Made by a program: the position numbers and the translations under genes
The notes under the pieces: model-generated
What the model was told of the DNA's origin: nothing
What the model saw: the letters and a program-made list of their open reading frames with translations, nothing else
Databases searched by the model: none
Assembly (NCBI GenBank): GCA_002811645.1
Contig: PDIP01000034.1
Span: 117,216-181,215, forward strand
Source: Corallochytrium limacisporum Hawaii
Lineage: Eukaryota; Protista; Pluriformea
Direction: 5' to 3'
DNA: 64,000 nt
In this document: positions 23,485 through 33,849 of the stretch, piece by piece
How positions within the stretch are numbered: the first letter of the stretch is position 1
How the letters are laid out: the number at the start of each line of letters is the position of its first letter

Positions 23485-25089
23485 CTATGGTATCTGACTC
23501 AATATTGTTTCGTCCAAATCGTCCCAAAAGACATCGTCCACCTGAGCAGTGGCCGGCGGTGGTTGAGGCTGTCGGTCTTGCTGTGCTATAAACGCAGATG
23601 GCTGCTTGTGGAACTTTCCCAGCAGGGACTTTGGCTGAAAGTCTTTGGTGGGGGACAACTTCTTCACTGATGTGGCGGAAAGTATCTTCGTCATAGCCTC
23701 AGTGCCCTGCGGCTGCGTGTTCGGCGGATTGCTCTTTGTGTGGGCACGGGCTACGTTGCTCCTATCACCGTAACGTGTCTCCCTCTGAATTGGGCTATTT
23801 CCGGACTTTTTATCGTTGTGCAGAGCGACGGTGACATGATTTTGATGCTGCTGCTGTGACGGATCCTCGGAGCCCTCATTTTGGGAAGAGAATGCATCAT
23901 TTTGGGATGAGTCGGACAGCTGTAAGCGTGGAACTTGGGATTGACTGACCATCTGACTCAACGGCGGTGCCTCTTCTTCGGTTTGATCACTTGGGAAGTA
24001 GTCTTCGATGTTGTCTACTGTCACATTCAGGTACATTTTACCAGCCCCCGGTGAAAAGATACTCACATTCTTTAGCGACACGACGGATCCCACACTGAGG
24101 AACGGGGCTTTCTCCACAGCCTTGCGGTGAATACTGGCCTGCATATAGCCCGTGGGGTCCGTGAACATCGCACTAATGTCACCACCGTCATCCACTGTGA
24201 GATCATTTACCGCCACATGCAATTGGGGCACTTTAACTTTGAATTGCTTCCGACGCAGCAGCCCGAGGTTGTAGCGGAAAGCGTGGCAATCAGGCAGCGA
24301 TCTGCCCTCCAGTACGTCACTTGAGAGATCCAGTGCCGGCTGTCCCGCAGCCTGGCGCCTGGCCTCCATGCGCTCCAATAGTCGTACCCATGCTGAAGTG
24401 ATGGCAAATTTAGGATTGTCCTTTCTCTTCCTGGCCGGTCCAGCCAGGTCAGCGTTGAGTGGAGGCAAGCTTGAACCTTCATCAACAGCTCCTTGCGTCT
24501 GTGCATCAAGCATTGACTTGCTCCCTTGTGGAGTCCTTCGTGGGTTCCTGGCTGTTGTCGTAGCGCCTGATATTCCCATTCTGTGCCGAGTCATACCATG
24601 CAGTGGTGTCCCTGTGCCACCGTCTCTGTCACTGTGACTGATCCTCAGACCTTCCATTCCATCACCAGCACCACCACCGATGTCGTTCAGTGCACCAGCG
24701 GGTCCGGGGATCTTTTGCCCTTCCCTGCACCCGATTGTGACCGGCCGAGTTGCTGTAGCTCTAAATTTCGCTCGGGCCAGTACCAGACTTCCCGTCGTTG
24801 GGGGCCCTTGGGTCTCTGAAAATGATCGCTTGCGTTGTTGCTGTGGCGAAATTGAGCCGTTTTCCAACGTGGTTTTCTTTTTGGCGGTGGGACTCGCCTG
24901 TGGTGTTCCCATTCCAGGCACAGAATCCGAGCTCATGACACTTCCATTGGGGCCGATTCCTGGCCTCGGCTGTAACACACCTGGTCTTCCGGATTTCCTA
25001 GTCGCAAAGCTAGGTCTTCCGGCAGCAAAATTTGGCAACCGAGCAGCGTTCGAGCTCGGGCGAGGAACGTTCTCGTCTCTCTGAGACAT
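23485..25089 (-). CDS. HROB: Homologous recombination OB-fold protein (C17orf53/MCM8IP-like)
   Basis: Central domain KVPQL...FTDPTGYMQASIHR...LSVGSVVSLKNVSIFSP...YLNVTVDNI with disordered flanks. Confidence 0.8.
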   Translation of the reverse strand: MSQRDENVPRPSSNAARLPNFAAGRPSFATRKSGRPGVLQPRPGIGPNGSVMSSDSVPGMGTPQASPTAKKKTTLENGSISPQQQRKRSFSETQGPPTTGSLVLARAKFRATATRPVTIGCREGQKIPGPAGALNDIGGGAGDGMEGLRISHSDRDGGTGTPLHGMTRHRMGISGATTTARNPRRTPQGSKSMLDAQTQGAVDEGSSLPPLNADLAGPARKRKDNPKFAITSAWVRLLERMEARRQAAGQPALDLSSDVLEGRSLPDCHAFRYNLGLLRRKQFKVKVPQLHVAVNDLTVDDGGDISAMFTDPTGYMQASIHRKAVEKAPFLSVGSVVSLKNVSIFSPGAGKMYLNVTVDNIEDYFPSDQTEEEAPPLSQMVSQSQVPRLQLSDSSQNDAFSSQNEGSEDPSQQQHQNHVTVALHNDKKSGNSPIQRETRYGDRSNVARAHTKSNPPNTQPQGTEAMTKILSATSVKKLSPTKDFQPKSLLGKFHKQPSAFIAQQDRQPQPPPATAQVDDVFWDDLDETILSQIP

Positions 25090-25689
25090 CTTTCAAATCA
25101 AATGTTTCTGAACTTAGTCGAATGAAATGCCTCAATAAGATACGGGCCAGTACATTTCATGTACCAGAGAATGCCATCGTTGTTTTCTGATTGTGCTCAA
25201 GAGATCGTGATGAATTCCAAAGGCGAACACATAGAGTGCTGCCCTTCACCTCTATCCTCGTTCAAGTTTTCGTAACGAAAGTTGAAAGGGGGGAGATGTT
25301 CTTCAGACGGAATTGAATGAATACCAGTCAGGCCATGTATGTTACTACACAAAAGCTTAGTGTAGACAATACCAAACCTCAATGACAGTCTTGAGAATTC
25401 TCTTTGGTGTGGGATGGGAATCGAGTTTTGTCACCATGCATGCGCCGCCGTGTTCTAGCACTCCAAGTCGTTGGCAGGACTCAGAATAAACCGCTCCCGC
25501 CCAAAATGGCTTGGCCTTTTCAGCTCCACGGCGAGGCTGCACCCAAGGCTCCAGCACGAAAATTCGGTGAGGCAGGAGTCGGAAAGGACTCGACCGAGAC
25601 TGGCGCAAATTCCGCCTAAACTTCCCAAGAATATCATTCAATGACTTGGGCTTGCACTAAACTTCTTCATACAGCAAAACACGCACTGA

Positions 25690-26440
25690 AAACATGAATG
25701 TTGAAATTTATGGTAGGCGTTCCCTGAGGTTAGTGATGTGAACGGTAATTCATGGTGCAATGCCCATGATTGTGAAGGTACTCCAAATTTCTGCACAGTT
25801 TCCTACGATTTTTCTCAATTCATAGAACAGAAAGATCAGTATTATGAACATTTCAAAGTATCATGAGCACATCGAATCCGTCCAAAGATTGTGATGAATG
25901 TTAAGGATGCGGGAAGTTGTTCCACCCAAATTCAATTCCTGAACCTGAAAATTAGTGAATTCAATAAAACACAAATGAATTAGTAACAATTGATCGGTAT
26001 CGAAACCAGACTTTTTCTACTACTGAACATGAGGAAAAACTTTATCCGAATCGGATATAGCAAGATGACTGGTATGCTCACTTAGTTTACCTCACACAGA
26101 GTCCTCTTTTCCCATCAGAATATTGTTAGTACAGTGAGAACTGATATATAAATGATCAGCTCAATTTCTGTGACTCTATTCGCAAAACTGGTCCCCATGT
26201 TTTTTACTTGTTGTTGAGTTCGTTGCTTTAATGACCATTTGAAAGCCATTGGTGTTTCTCCCTGTGTCAATGTTATACCGGAATATTTACAATTGAATCT
26301 GATGCATTTGTGTCTGCTTCTGAAGTGCCTACCTTATATTGCTTTGTTCAGGAGGTAGTTTCCTGATGTGTTCTGAAGACAACATAACACTTTCCAATGG
26401 ATCCAAGCCCATAGTAAACTTTTCGCGCCCGTGCTTCTAC
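25690..26440 (-). pseudogene. Possible highly degraded membrane-protein gene remnant (polycystin-2/TRP-like?)
   Basis: Stop-interrupted hydrophobic fragments ELIIYISVLTVLTIF* and ELNLGG...D....*YFEMFIILIFLFYELRKI. Resemblance judged by eye only. Confidence 0.2.
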
Positions 26441-27024
26441 ATCCTGCAAATATATTACACGCCTTCTGCTAGGTCGACGAAAGGGGAGTTGCATAATTGT
26501 GGTCTGAGCTCTCCTACACTTTAATTAAAAGGCATGTTCTTGACATAGAAACTCTGCAATGCATCTCTTCCGTACCAGAAGAGGGGGGTATCCAACTGGT
26601 GGTATCCAAGGGAAGGTCGGGAAAAGAGGGAGGGGGAGGAGGGGGCTCTGTCGTTTGCGTGTTGGAGAACCCATTTGCGGCGGGGGCATAGCCAATAACC
26701 CGAGGGAAGCAATCAGGAAGCAATCAGGACGGTCGGGACCCGTTCGGACGGAGCTGCAATTTCAGCCAACTCGCACGCACACTTGAGCAGTCAGGCTTTC
26801 GCACCGTGATTTGCTCATAGGGAAGATGAGCTTACGTTCTCCTGAGCATGCAGTATTAGATCTGTAATAGGTTAAGTTCGATAAGCCTTCGAGGTGTAAA
26901 ACGGACTGCCATTCACGTAGATTATCCTGGTGATTTTGTTGTCGAAATCATTCACAAGATTTTGTTTTTTCACCGGTCGCTGTCGGGTTCTTACAAATAT
27001 ACACGCCAATAACTAATCATAAAA

Positions 27025-27543
27025 ATGCTCGAATACGCCTTGCCTGAACACAGCGACAACTACTTCGTTGCTCTTCGTCAGCGTGGCGCACAGACTTTGG
27101 CCAAGGCACGTAGCAACCGCAACGTGGGATACCCAGTCCCAAGCTACACCCGGGAAAAGGTCAAGTGCCACACTGGGGCACCTGTTACCTTCCACGTACC
27201 GTATGATATCGAACCTGGCTTTCAGGGCTACTGCGAAGACTGGACCATTTCCGACGCCAATCATGCTGTGCTCAAGAAGGCCTTTGATGACTATTATACC
27301 ATTGCCCAGCTCTCGGTCAGCAATTGTGAACGAATGTGCCGGCTTAGTTTGCTGGATGGTACCAAGGAACTAAAGCATGCTATGCGCTACCATAGTGATG
27401 AGTGCGACGAGTACTTTGTGCGGAATCCAGAGGCCCACGGACGATTCTACCGCTACGAGAAAATTCCTACCGAAACGGTCGGACCGTTAAGATCAGACCA
27501 GGCCACGACCTTCAATCCGGTGGTACCTGCTGCTCGCCTGTAG
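27025..27543 (+). CDS. Hypothetical protein, 172 aa, C-terminal -ARL
   Basis: ATG in A-rich context (aaaaATG), coding-like codon usage, GC-rich island upstream and AT-rich sequence downstream. No family recognised. Confidence 0.65.
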   Translation: MLEYALPEHSDNYFVALRQRGAQTLAKARSNRNVGYPVPSYTREKVKCHTGAPVTFHVPYDIEPGFQGYCEDWTISDANHAVLKKAFDDYYTIAQLSVSNCERMCRLSLLDGTKELKHAMRYHSDECDEYFVRNPEAHGRFYRYEKIPTETVGPLRSDQATTFNPVVPAARL

Positions 27544-27767
27544 GAACCTTTGGAACAGCGGGAACGAGAGAACAAATACCATAAATCAGCTGAAGAATTT
27601 GTTGACACATCGACACATACAGTATTATTTACCATTATTCATTTAGTGATGTAGCGGTGGTGACTATCTCATGTTTACGTCCGCATAAGTGAACTTCTCT
27701 AATTATGTGCCCGAGCCACAGGTATTGAACCAAAATTCTCCCGTCAGCTCTGTTAAACTCACATAGT

Positions 27768-28292
27768 TCAAGGCTTCGCATTCAAGGCCATGTTCAAAAA
27801 CTGTTCGTAGTTAATCTGAATCCATCCGTTGTGGTTGGTGTCGTACTGACGGAATGAGGCAGTCAAAGTCTGCAGTGTGACCATGCACTGAATAAAATCG
27901 TCAAAGGCTATAGAATGCCTTCCCTGGCGGTCAAACTTGTATATCAGCATACCCACGAAGCCGGGAGACAGATTGTAACCAAACCGAGACAGGGCTTGTC
28001 CCAATTCGTTGCTATCAATGGAGCCCGAACGGTCACGGTCGAAGCTCTGGAAGCACTGCTGCCAGTCCGTGATGTACTTCCACAAGGACTGGAATTCCTG
28101 GAAGTTGATGGTACCGGAGCGGTCACGATCAAACAGTCCGATCATCAAACGCACTGTCTCATGATTGAAGGGAGTCCATGTGCCATTACTCAGGGCACGA
28201 GCTAATTCATCTGCAGTGATATTGCCATTCTTGTCGCTGTCAACCTGTTGGAAGACGCCGTACAGATAGTTCGGATCAACGGGAGCCGTCAT
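27768..28292 (-). CDS. PDCD6: Penta-EF-hand protein ALG-2 / programmed cell death protein 6
   Basis: VDSDKNGNITADEL..ALSNGTWTPFN.ETVRLMI.LFDRD, LWKYITDWQ, FDDFIQC, GWIQINYEQFL. First ATG at 28292. Confidence 0.92.
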   Translation of the reverse strand: MTAPVDPNYLYGVFQQVDSDKNGNITADELARALSNGTWTPFNHETVRLMIGLFDRDRSGTINFQEFQSLWKYITDWQQCFQSFDRDRSGSIDSNELGQALSRFGYNLSPGFVGMLIYKFDRQGRHSIAFDDFIQCMVTLQTLTASFRQYDTNHNGWIQINYEQFLNMALNAKP

Positions 28293-28964
28293 CTTACAAG
28301 TGCCACGTATGTTCAAGTTACTAGCCTTACGTGAGATACTGCTCAATCACGAAGACATGATTTATTGCGTCATCCTACTGAAATACAACCGAACAGACAT
28401 CACCAGAGGTCATCGTGTCACTCGCCACCACTGGCGGCAGAGAACGCGATAGACGAGACGAGAGGACGCGCGCGCACACAGCCGCACCTGCAATACGCGT
28501 ACCTAATTTTCCCCATCGTCCACTGGTTCGTATTCCCAAACCGAAAACAAAGGGGAACGAAGGCGACCACAGAAACTAAGGGCGGAACAAACTCTCAAAA
28601 TCGGGAGTCTAAATTTTGTTGGCACGAACCCCGCTGGTAAAGGCGCGGGAATGACGAAGGAGGCGTGAGGTGGCCCCCTCCTCAGCAGCTTAGGTCTGTC
28701 TCACCGATCGGGTAGCAACTGTTGTACTGCAGACTCTTCTCTTCTAGGTACTTCGGCTTTTTAATTCACGAACATCCGAACATGTCTTTCACAGGTCCAA
28801 AAGGTAAGACCAATACAGTGGGGCACTGCAAGAAATGCCACAGACTGTATGACTCATGCTGGTTTATCGTCTGGAAGGTATGGACCCACGAATCATGTAG
28901 GCAGACAACCAACCCAACATGCAAGGAGAACACATATGAATAGACAAGAAAATCAAAAAGGACC

Positions 28965-30755
28965 ATGGATGTGTCTGACAATGAGCTTCTGCTTAGACGG
29001 GACCCTGATCGGGCAGAGTTTGACATAGATGAACCCGGATATGATGGAGAACATAGATCCAGACTTTGGCGGATTTACGCAGTGACATGGCGCTGGGCCG
29101 TGATCCTGATAGCACTGATAGTACTACTACTGTTCGCAGGAAATGCAAACTACTTAGATAGTGAACAGGCGCAGGGCTGTTTGGGCATTCTACTGGCCAT
29201 AAGTTTGTTGTGGGTGACAGAAGCAATCCCTGTATATGCCACAGCATTATTGGTTCCCTTGTTGGGCGTGCTGCTAGGAGTGGTCACGAAGGGAGTCTGC
29301 GAATTTGACGGCGAGCGAGGTGCTTTTGACATTTCCTGTCAGCAAGACAGCGACTGTAGGGAAATACAGGAAACTGTTATGGCCGCCAATGAGAAGAATG
29401 ACACGCTGGCTATGGAAGCAGACGACTATGTCAACGCCACTTGCATCCACGTTACCTCTACTTCGGTGGCAACGGCAAAAATCCTGAGCGGAGCCTTCTT
29501 CAAACCCGTGGTCCTCTTGTTTCTGGGCACTTTTGTTATGTCCAGAGTGATCCAGAAGCGGGGCTTGGATCTGAAACTGGCCGCTCTATTGCTCGGTGAC
29601 ACTCCCCGCAAACCGGCAACAGTGACACTGGTCATCATGATCCTAGGCTGGGGCTTATCCATGATCGTAACAAACGTCGGAGGTGCAATTGCCGCCGTTG
29701 GTGTGACTGTACCCATCCTGAACGCTGTCTACTCGTCGCTGGCACCCGGGGACACTCTGCCACGAGCAATGCTCGTTGCTGTTGCCTTTGCGTGTGACTT
29801 GGGTGGGCAGCCCACGCCCATCGCTAGCCCCCAGAACCTCATCACTTCTGACGTTACGAACCACATCGGCGCTGAATTGGCAGGGCCGAATTCCACCAAC
29901 GCAGAACACGGAATCTCTTTTGCGGTGTGGATGTTTGTGGCAGTGCCCACGTCGCTGGTCGGCGTGATGAGTGTGTGGGTTTTGGTTTGGTGGTACTTCA
30001 AACCAAGCGACACACTTCTTCATTTAGGTGATGCTAGCATGGGTCGAGACGGTGGGAGTGCCAGAAGCAGTCAGAGGAAAAACTTGAAGGGACCTCCTGC
30101 GTGGCACGAACGGAACCCGCAGGCCGGGGATGCGGTAGTGCTGTTGACAACGGGAGCAGTGGTGTTACTGTGGTGTCTGAGCAGCATACCAGTAGTTCAT
30201 GACTACTTCGGAGACATTGGAGTCACTGGAGTCATTCCCATAGCCGTGTTCTTCGGCACAGGTCTGTTGGATGAAGAAGACTTTGTTAAAGGGCTATCAT
30301 GGCCTGTCGTGGTGCTTATCGGTGGTGGCTTGTGCCTCGGCACGGCAATCAGTGAAAGTGGACTCCTGCGGATCATGAGTGAGGGTATGGGCAATGCCCT
30401 CCCAAACAATGTCTACGTCAGCAGCCTTGGATTCAGCACACTGGTGTGGATCATGGCCAACTTTGTCAGTCACACGGCGGCCGCAGCCATCGCCATCCCT
30501 GTTGTGGCATCTGCGGGCGTTGCTAATGGTCACTATCGACTAATGAGTATGACTGCGGTAATGACCGACTCGGCAGCCATGGCCCTGCCCATTTCCGGGT
30601 TCCCAAACACTCTGGCCTTCGCCCAAATGAATCCGTACGGAGAGCGGTTTCTGTCTGTGCAGGACTTCTTCTTTCTTGGGGTACCCTTGGGAGCACTACA
30701 GGTTGTAATTGTGAACAGCATGGGATTTGCTCTGGCCTACGTGGCTGGACTATAG
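28965..30755 (+). CDS. DASS/SLC13-family transporter, Pho87/Pho91-like (phosphate, sulfate or carboxylate), without SPX domain
   Basis: LWVTEAIP..TALLVP, GG.PTPIASPQN, W.VVVLIGGG..LG.AI.ESGLL, FVSHTAAA, AMALPISGFPN; many TM segments. Confidence 0.85.
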   Translation: MDVSDNELLLRRDPDRAEFDIDEPGYDGEHRSRLWRIYAVTWRWAVILIALIVLLLFAGNANYLDSEQAQGCLGILLAISLLWVTEAIPVYATALLVPLLGVLLGVVTKGVCEFDGERGAFDISCQQDSDCREIQETVMAANEKNDTLAMEADDYVNATCIHVTSTSVATAKILSGAFFKPVVLLFLGTFVMSRVIQKRGLDLKLAALLLGDTPRKPATVTLVIMILGWGLSMIVTNVGGAIAAVGVTVPILNAVYSSLAPGDTLPRAMLVAVAFACDLGGQPTPIASPQNLITSDVTNHIGAELAGPNSTNAEHGISFAVWMFVAVPTSLVGVMSVWVLVWWYFKPSDTLLHLGDASMGRDGGSARSSQRKNLKGPPAWHERNPQAGDAVVLLTTGAVVLLWCLSSIPVVHDYFGDIGVTGVIPIAVFFGTGLLDEEDFVKGLSWPVVVLIGGGLCLGTAISESGLLRIMSEGMGNALPNNVYVSSLGFSTLVWIMANFVSHTAAAAIAIPVVASAGVANGHYRLMSMTAVMTDSAAMALPISGFPNTLAFAQMNPYGERFLSVQDFFFLGVPLGALQVVIVNSMGFALAYVAGL

Positions 30756-30865
30756 TACGGCGATTAACAATTTATGATGTATTTCACAATATCTGTGTGA
30801 TTGTAAATATAAAATATGATATGGATCTGTGTTTGGTGATGTGTGTTTGGTTCTATGTGTATATC

Positions 30866-32095
30866 TCAGGCACTCGAAGGGGCCATAACGAATGCCGTGA
30901 TCAGTCCAACAGCAGTGGCCGTGGTACCAACAACGGCTCTGCTCCATGCGGCATCCTCTTCGTCCAGGTCGATAGTTGTCCGTTTGCTCTTCCGCAGGGC
31001 CATGCGGAATTCCAGTAGCCGACTCAGAATTTTGCCCGCATGCTCCTCGTCGTGCGGTACTTGCTCAATAAACATAGACGCCAGGGTGTCCATGCACCTG
31101 ACAAAACTGTCAAAGTCCCGAGATTGGTCCATGATCACCAGAGCTGTGGACTTGCGGATCTTCACATTGCGTTTGAAGACGTTCGGGTTGTTATAGCACA
31201 GGGCAATTGTGGACACAGCCATGGCCTGCGGAATAGCGCAAAACTGGAAAATGGAAGGTGTGCGGATGCGCTCCATATAGGCCAGAACGTCTGGGAGATG
31301 GCCAAGTGCATTTGCTACCAGTGCGTTCAGGCATTTCAAGGCCTGTTCAATGTTCTTAGGCTCCTTAAAGTCTGCAACATCTCCGGCGTAACGTGACCAG
31401 ACCTCTCGGGGCCAGAAGATACGGCCCTCCAAAATATCCTCGTGGTAGTCACGGATAATATTCGTTTTCTGCAAGAAAAGACCCATAGAATTTGCAAGTG
31501 CGTGGTCCTTTCCCACGACCTCGTCCTCGAAGGCTGAGGCCGAGAACAAACGACTAAGGCCGATGCCTACCAGGCCGGCGACGTAGTGGCAGTACTCATC
31601 CCAATCCTGTACGGTATCCACGTCATCAGTGAGGTACTTAGCCATGCCATGGCCCATTTCCCGGCAAATGTCAGCGATGACAACCTGATAGCTGGCATCA
31701 AGGGCCTGGAATTCCTCAATGACAGTGCCAAAGTCCTTCAAGAGGAAGGCATCTTTTTCATTGGGACCAGAATCGTTGAAGGTCCAGCCCTTAACGTATA
31801 GCTTGGCATGGAAGTCCTTGAGTTCAGCAATTTTCTTGGTAATCTCAATGGTCATATCATCCTCCACAGTGTCCAAGCCACGGAGGACGAGGTAGAAGAT
31901 GCATACGGCATTACGGAGACTGCCATCGAGGGCCCGAATGACTGCAGCGAAGGATCTGCTGGTTTTGTCAAGGTAATCATAACACTTGGCCTCGGAATCC
32001 CTTTCGAACTTGAGGTTCTTTGGGCTCGGGTTAATCAGACCCATGCTGTACCTCAGGACGGCCCATCCCTCCGAAAAGTTAAAAACGATTCCCAT
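30866..32095 (-). CDS. FDFT1: Squalene synthase (ERG9)
   Basis: TSRSFAAVI, FYLVLRGLDTVEDD, YCHYVAGLVGIGL, MGLFLQKTNIIRDY.ED, FCAIPQAMA and a C-terminal TM anchor. First ATG at 32095. Confidence 0.97.
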   Translation of the reverse strand: MGIVFNFSEGWAVLRYSMGLINPSPKNLKFERDSEAKCYDYLDKTSRSFAAVIRALDGSLRNAVCIFYLVLRGLDTVEDDMTIEITKKIAELKDFHAKLYVKGWTFNDSGPNEKDAFLLKDFGTVIEEFQALDASYQVVIADICREMGHGMAKYLTDDVDTVQDWDEYCHYVAGLVGIGLSRLFSASAFEDEVVGKDHALANSMGLFLQKTNIIRDYHEDILEGRIFWPREVWSRYAGDVADFKEPKNIEQALKCLNALVANALGHLPDVLAYMERIRTPSIFQFCAIPQAMAVSTIALCYNNPNVFKRNVKIRKSTALVIMDQSRDFDSFVRCMDTLASMFIEQVPHDEEHAGKILSRLLEFRMALRKSKRTTIDLDEEDAAWSRAVVGTTATAVGLITAFVMAPSSA

Positions 32096-32832
32096 GTTTT
32101 TCTTTTTTATTTTCCCAGGAATGTCTACGAAGGACACTGAGTCCTGGATCTAGCTTAATATATAAGGAAATGATATTAGTCTATTCTGAAATACCTCTCA
32201 TTTTCCTAATCGTTCTCGGTGGTGTACGTATTCAACAACTGTTGGTTGTTTCAGCTCTGCCAGGGTCCCCCCGGCCTTCCAGTCCCCGCGGTTCACTGGC
32301 CCCCTTCCTCCCACCCCCGTGGGTGAAAAACACACGGTCGACCCTAGACTCGCCCCACTTCTAGTTGGGATGCCTCTAATGGAAACGTATTTTTCCTATA
32401 ATGGAAAGTAGACGCTGGTGTGTGGACGGGCCGGAGAGTGCGATTGGCTGGAGCCCCGAGGAGGCGTGAGGGCAGGGACGAGAGCGCGGGCCTCTCAAGA
32501 AAAAAGCCTTGCGGAAGAGAAGGTGGTCCCTCGGGAGGAGGGGTGCGAACTGGGGACGGGCTCTGAGAGATTCATATGTGCTTGGCACTGGGAAACGCTT
32601 ATCAAGGTGCGCCTTTCTTCGTGATTTTGCGCTTGTTTTGCATCATTACAGTCATGCCTGGGCGAGAATCATGTCCCACGACCCAAACCGTACAGTTTTG
32701 AATTGATAAAACAGTGAAGACGAGGTAGAAGAGAGTGGGAAGCTATCCGGTTGTCACAGCTTCTCAGATTCTCCCAGGCCGAACTGTCTACAGCGAATCG
32801 CCGAAAATTAGATAAAATTCCCACAAACAACC
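32096..32832. promoter_or_regulatory. Putative bidirectional promoter shared by squalene synthase and sterol methyltransferase
   Basis: 737-bp divergent gap with a GC-rich core, an inverted CCAAT box CGATTGGCTG (32441-32450) and SRE-like CTCGCCCCAC (32349-32358), GTGGGTGA (32319-32326) and GAGGCGTGAG (32461-32470). Confidence 0.5.
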
Positions 32833-33849
32833 ATGCCTACTGCCACCCTCGACCTGAAGAACCAGGACGAGTCTAAGTTCGACCGCTACTACAAGCTTCA
32901 TGATGTTGGTGCCGGTAAAGAAAACGTCGAAGAACGCAAGAATCGGGTCTTTGACATGGTCAATGACTACTACGATCTCGCCACAGACTTCTACGAGTAT
33001 GGCTGGGGTAAGTCTTTCCATTTCTCTCTGATGTCCAAGAACGAGACTCTGGATGAGTCCATTAAGCGCCACGAGTTCTACCTTGCTCTGCGTATGGGTA
33101 TGAAGGAGGGTATGGAAATTATTGACCTGGGCTGTGGTGTCGGTGGACCTGCCCGCAACATTGCCCGCTTCAGTGGTGCAACAGTGACTGGTCTGAACAA
33201 CAACGAGTACCAGGTTAAGAAATGCAACCAGTACAATAAGGCCGAGAACCTGGACCATCTTGTCACGGGTCAGCATGGCAGTTTTATGGAGATTCCTGCT
33301 GAGAATGGCTCCTACGATGGTGCCTATGAGATTGAAGCAACCTGCCACGCCCCGGATAAAGTTGCCTGCTACCGGGAAATCTTTCGCGTTCTGAAACCTG
33401 GTTCCTACTTTGCTGGCTGGGATTGGTGTCTTACCGACCGGTACGATCCTGAAAACGAGGAACACCGCAAGATCAAGGCTGAGATTGAGGTCGGTAATGG
33501 TCTGCCTGACATCCTGACCACTGCTGATAATCTGAAGGCGCTGAAGGAGGCCGGTTTTGAGATCGAAGATGAATTTGATGGAGTGGACCGCGCTGAGGTT
33601 CCATGGTACGAGCCCCTGGAGCCTTCCCGCCTGTCCCTGAGCGGCTTCCGCACCACTGCACTTGGCCGCTTCTGCACTCGCAACCTTGTCTGGGCCCTGG
33701 AGACTGCTGGCATTGCACCGAAGGGCAGCTCAAAGACCTCAGCTGTGCTGGAGACAGCCGCAGACGCGCTGGTGGCTGGCGGCAAGCTCGGCATCTTCAC
33801 GCCCATGCACTTTACTCTGGCACGGAAGCCCGTGGTCAAGGCCGCCTAA
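32833..33849 (+). CDS. ERG6: Sterol 24-C-methyltransferase (SMT1)
   Basis: YYDLATDFYEYGWGKSFHF, DLGCGVGGPAR, GLNNNEYQ, IEATCHAP, IEVGNGLPD, GGKLGIFTPM. Confidence 0.97.
   Translation: MPTATLDLKNQDESKFDRYYKLHDVGAGKENVEERKNRVFDMVNDYYDLATDFYEYGWGKSFHFSLMSKNETLDESIKRHEFYLALRMGMKEGMEIIDLGCGVGGPARNIARFSGATVTGLNNNEYQVKKCNQYNKAENLDHLVTGQHGSFMEIPAENGSYDGAYEIEATCHAPDKVACYREIFRVLKPGSYFAGWDWCLTDRYDPENEEHRKIKAEIEVGNGLPDILTTADNLKALKEAGFEIEDEFDGVDRAEVPWYEPLEPSRLSLSGFRTTALGRFCTRNLVWALETAGIAPKGSSKTSAVLETAADALVAGGKLGIFTPMHFTLARKPVVKAA

Noticed and set aside
32788-33839. Antisense ORFs over ERG6, and similar ones over other genes
   Set aside because: Shadow frames produced by codon bias.
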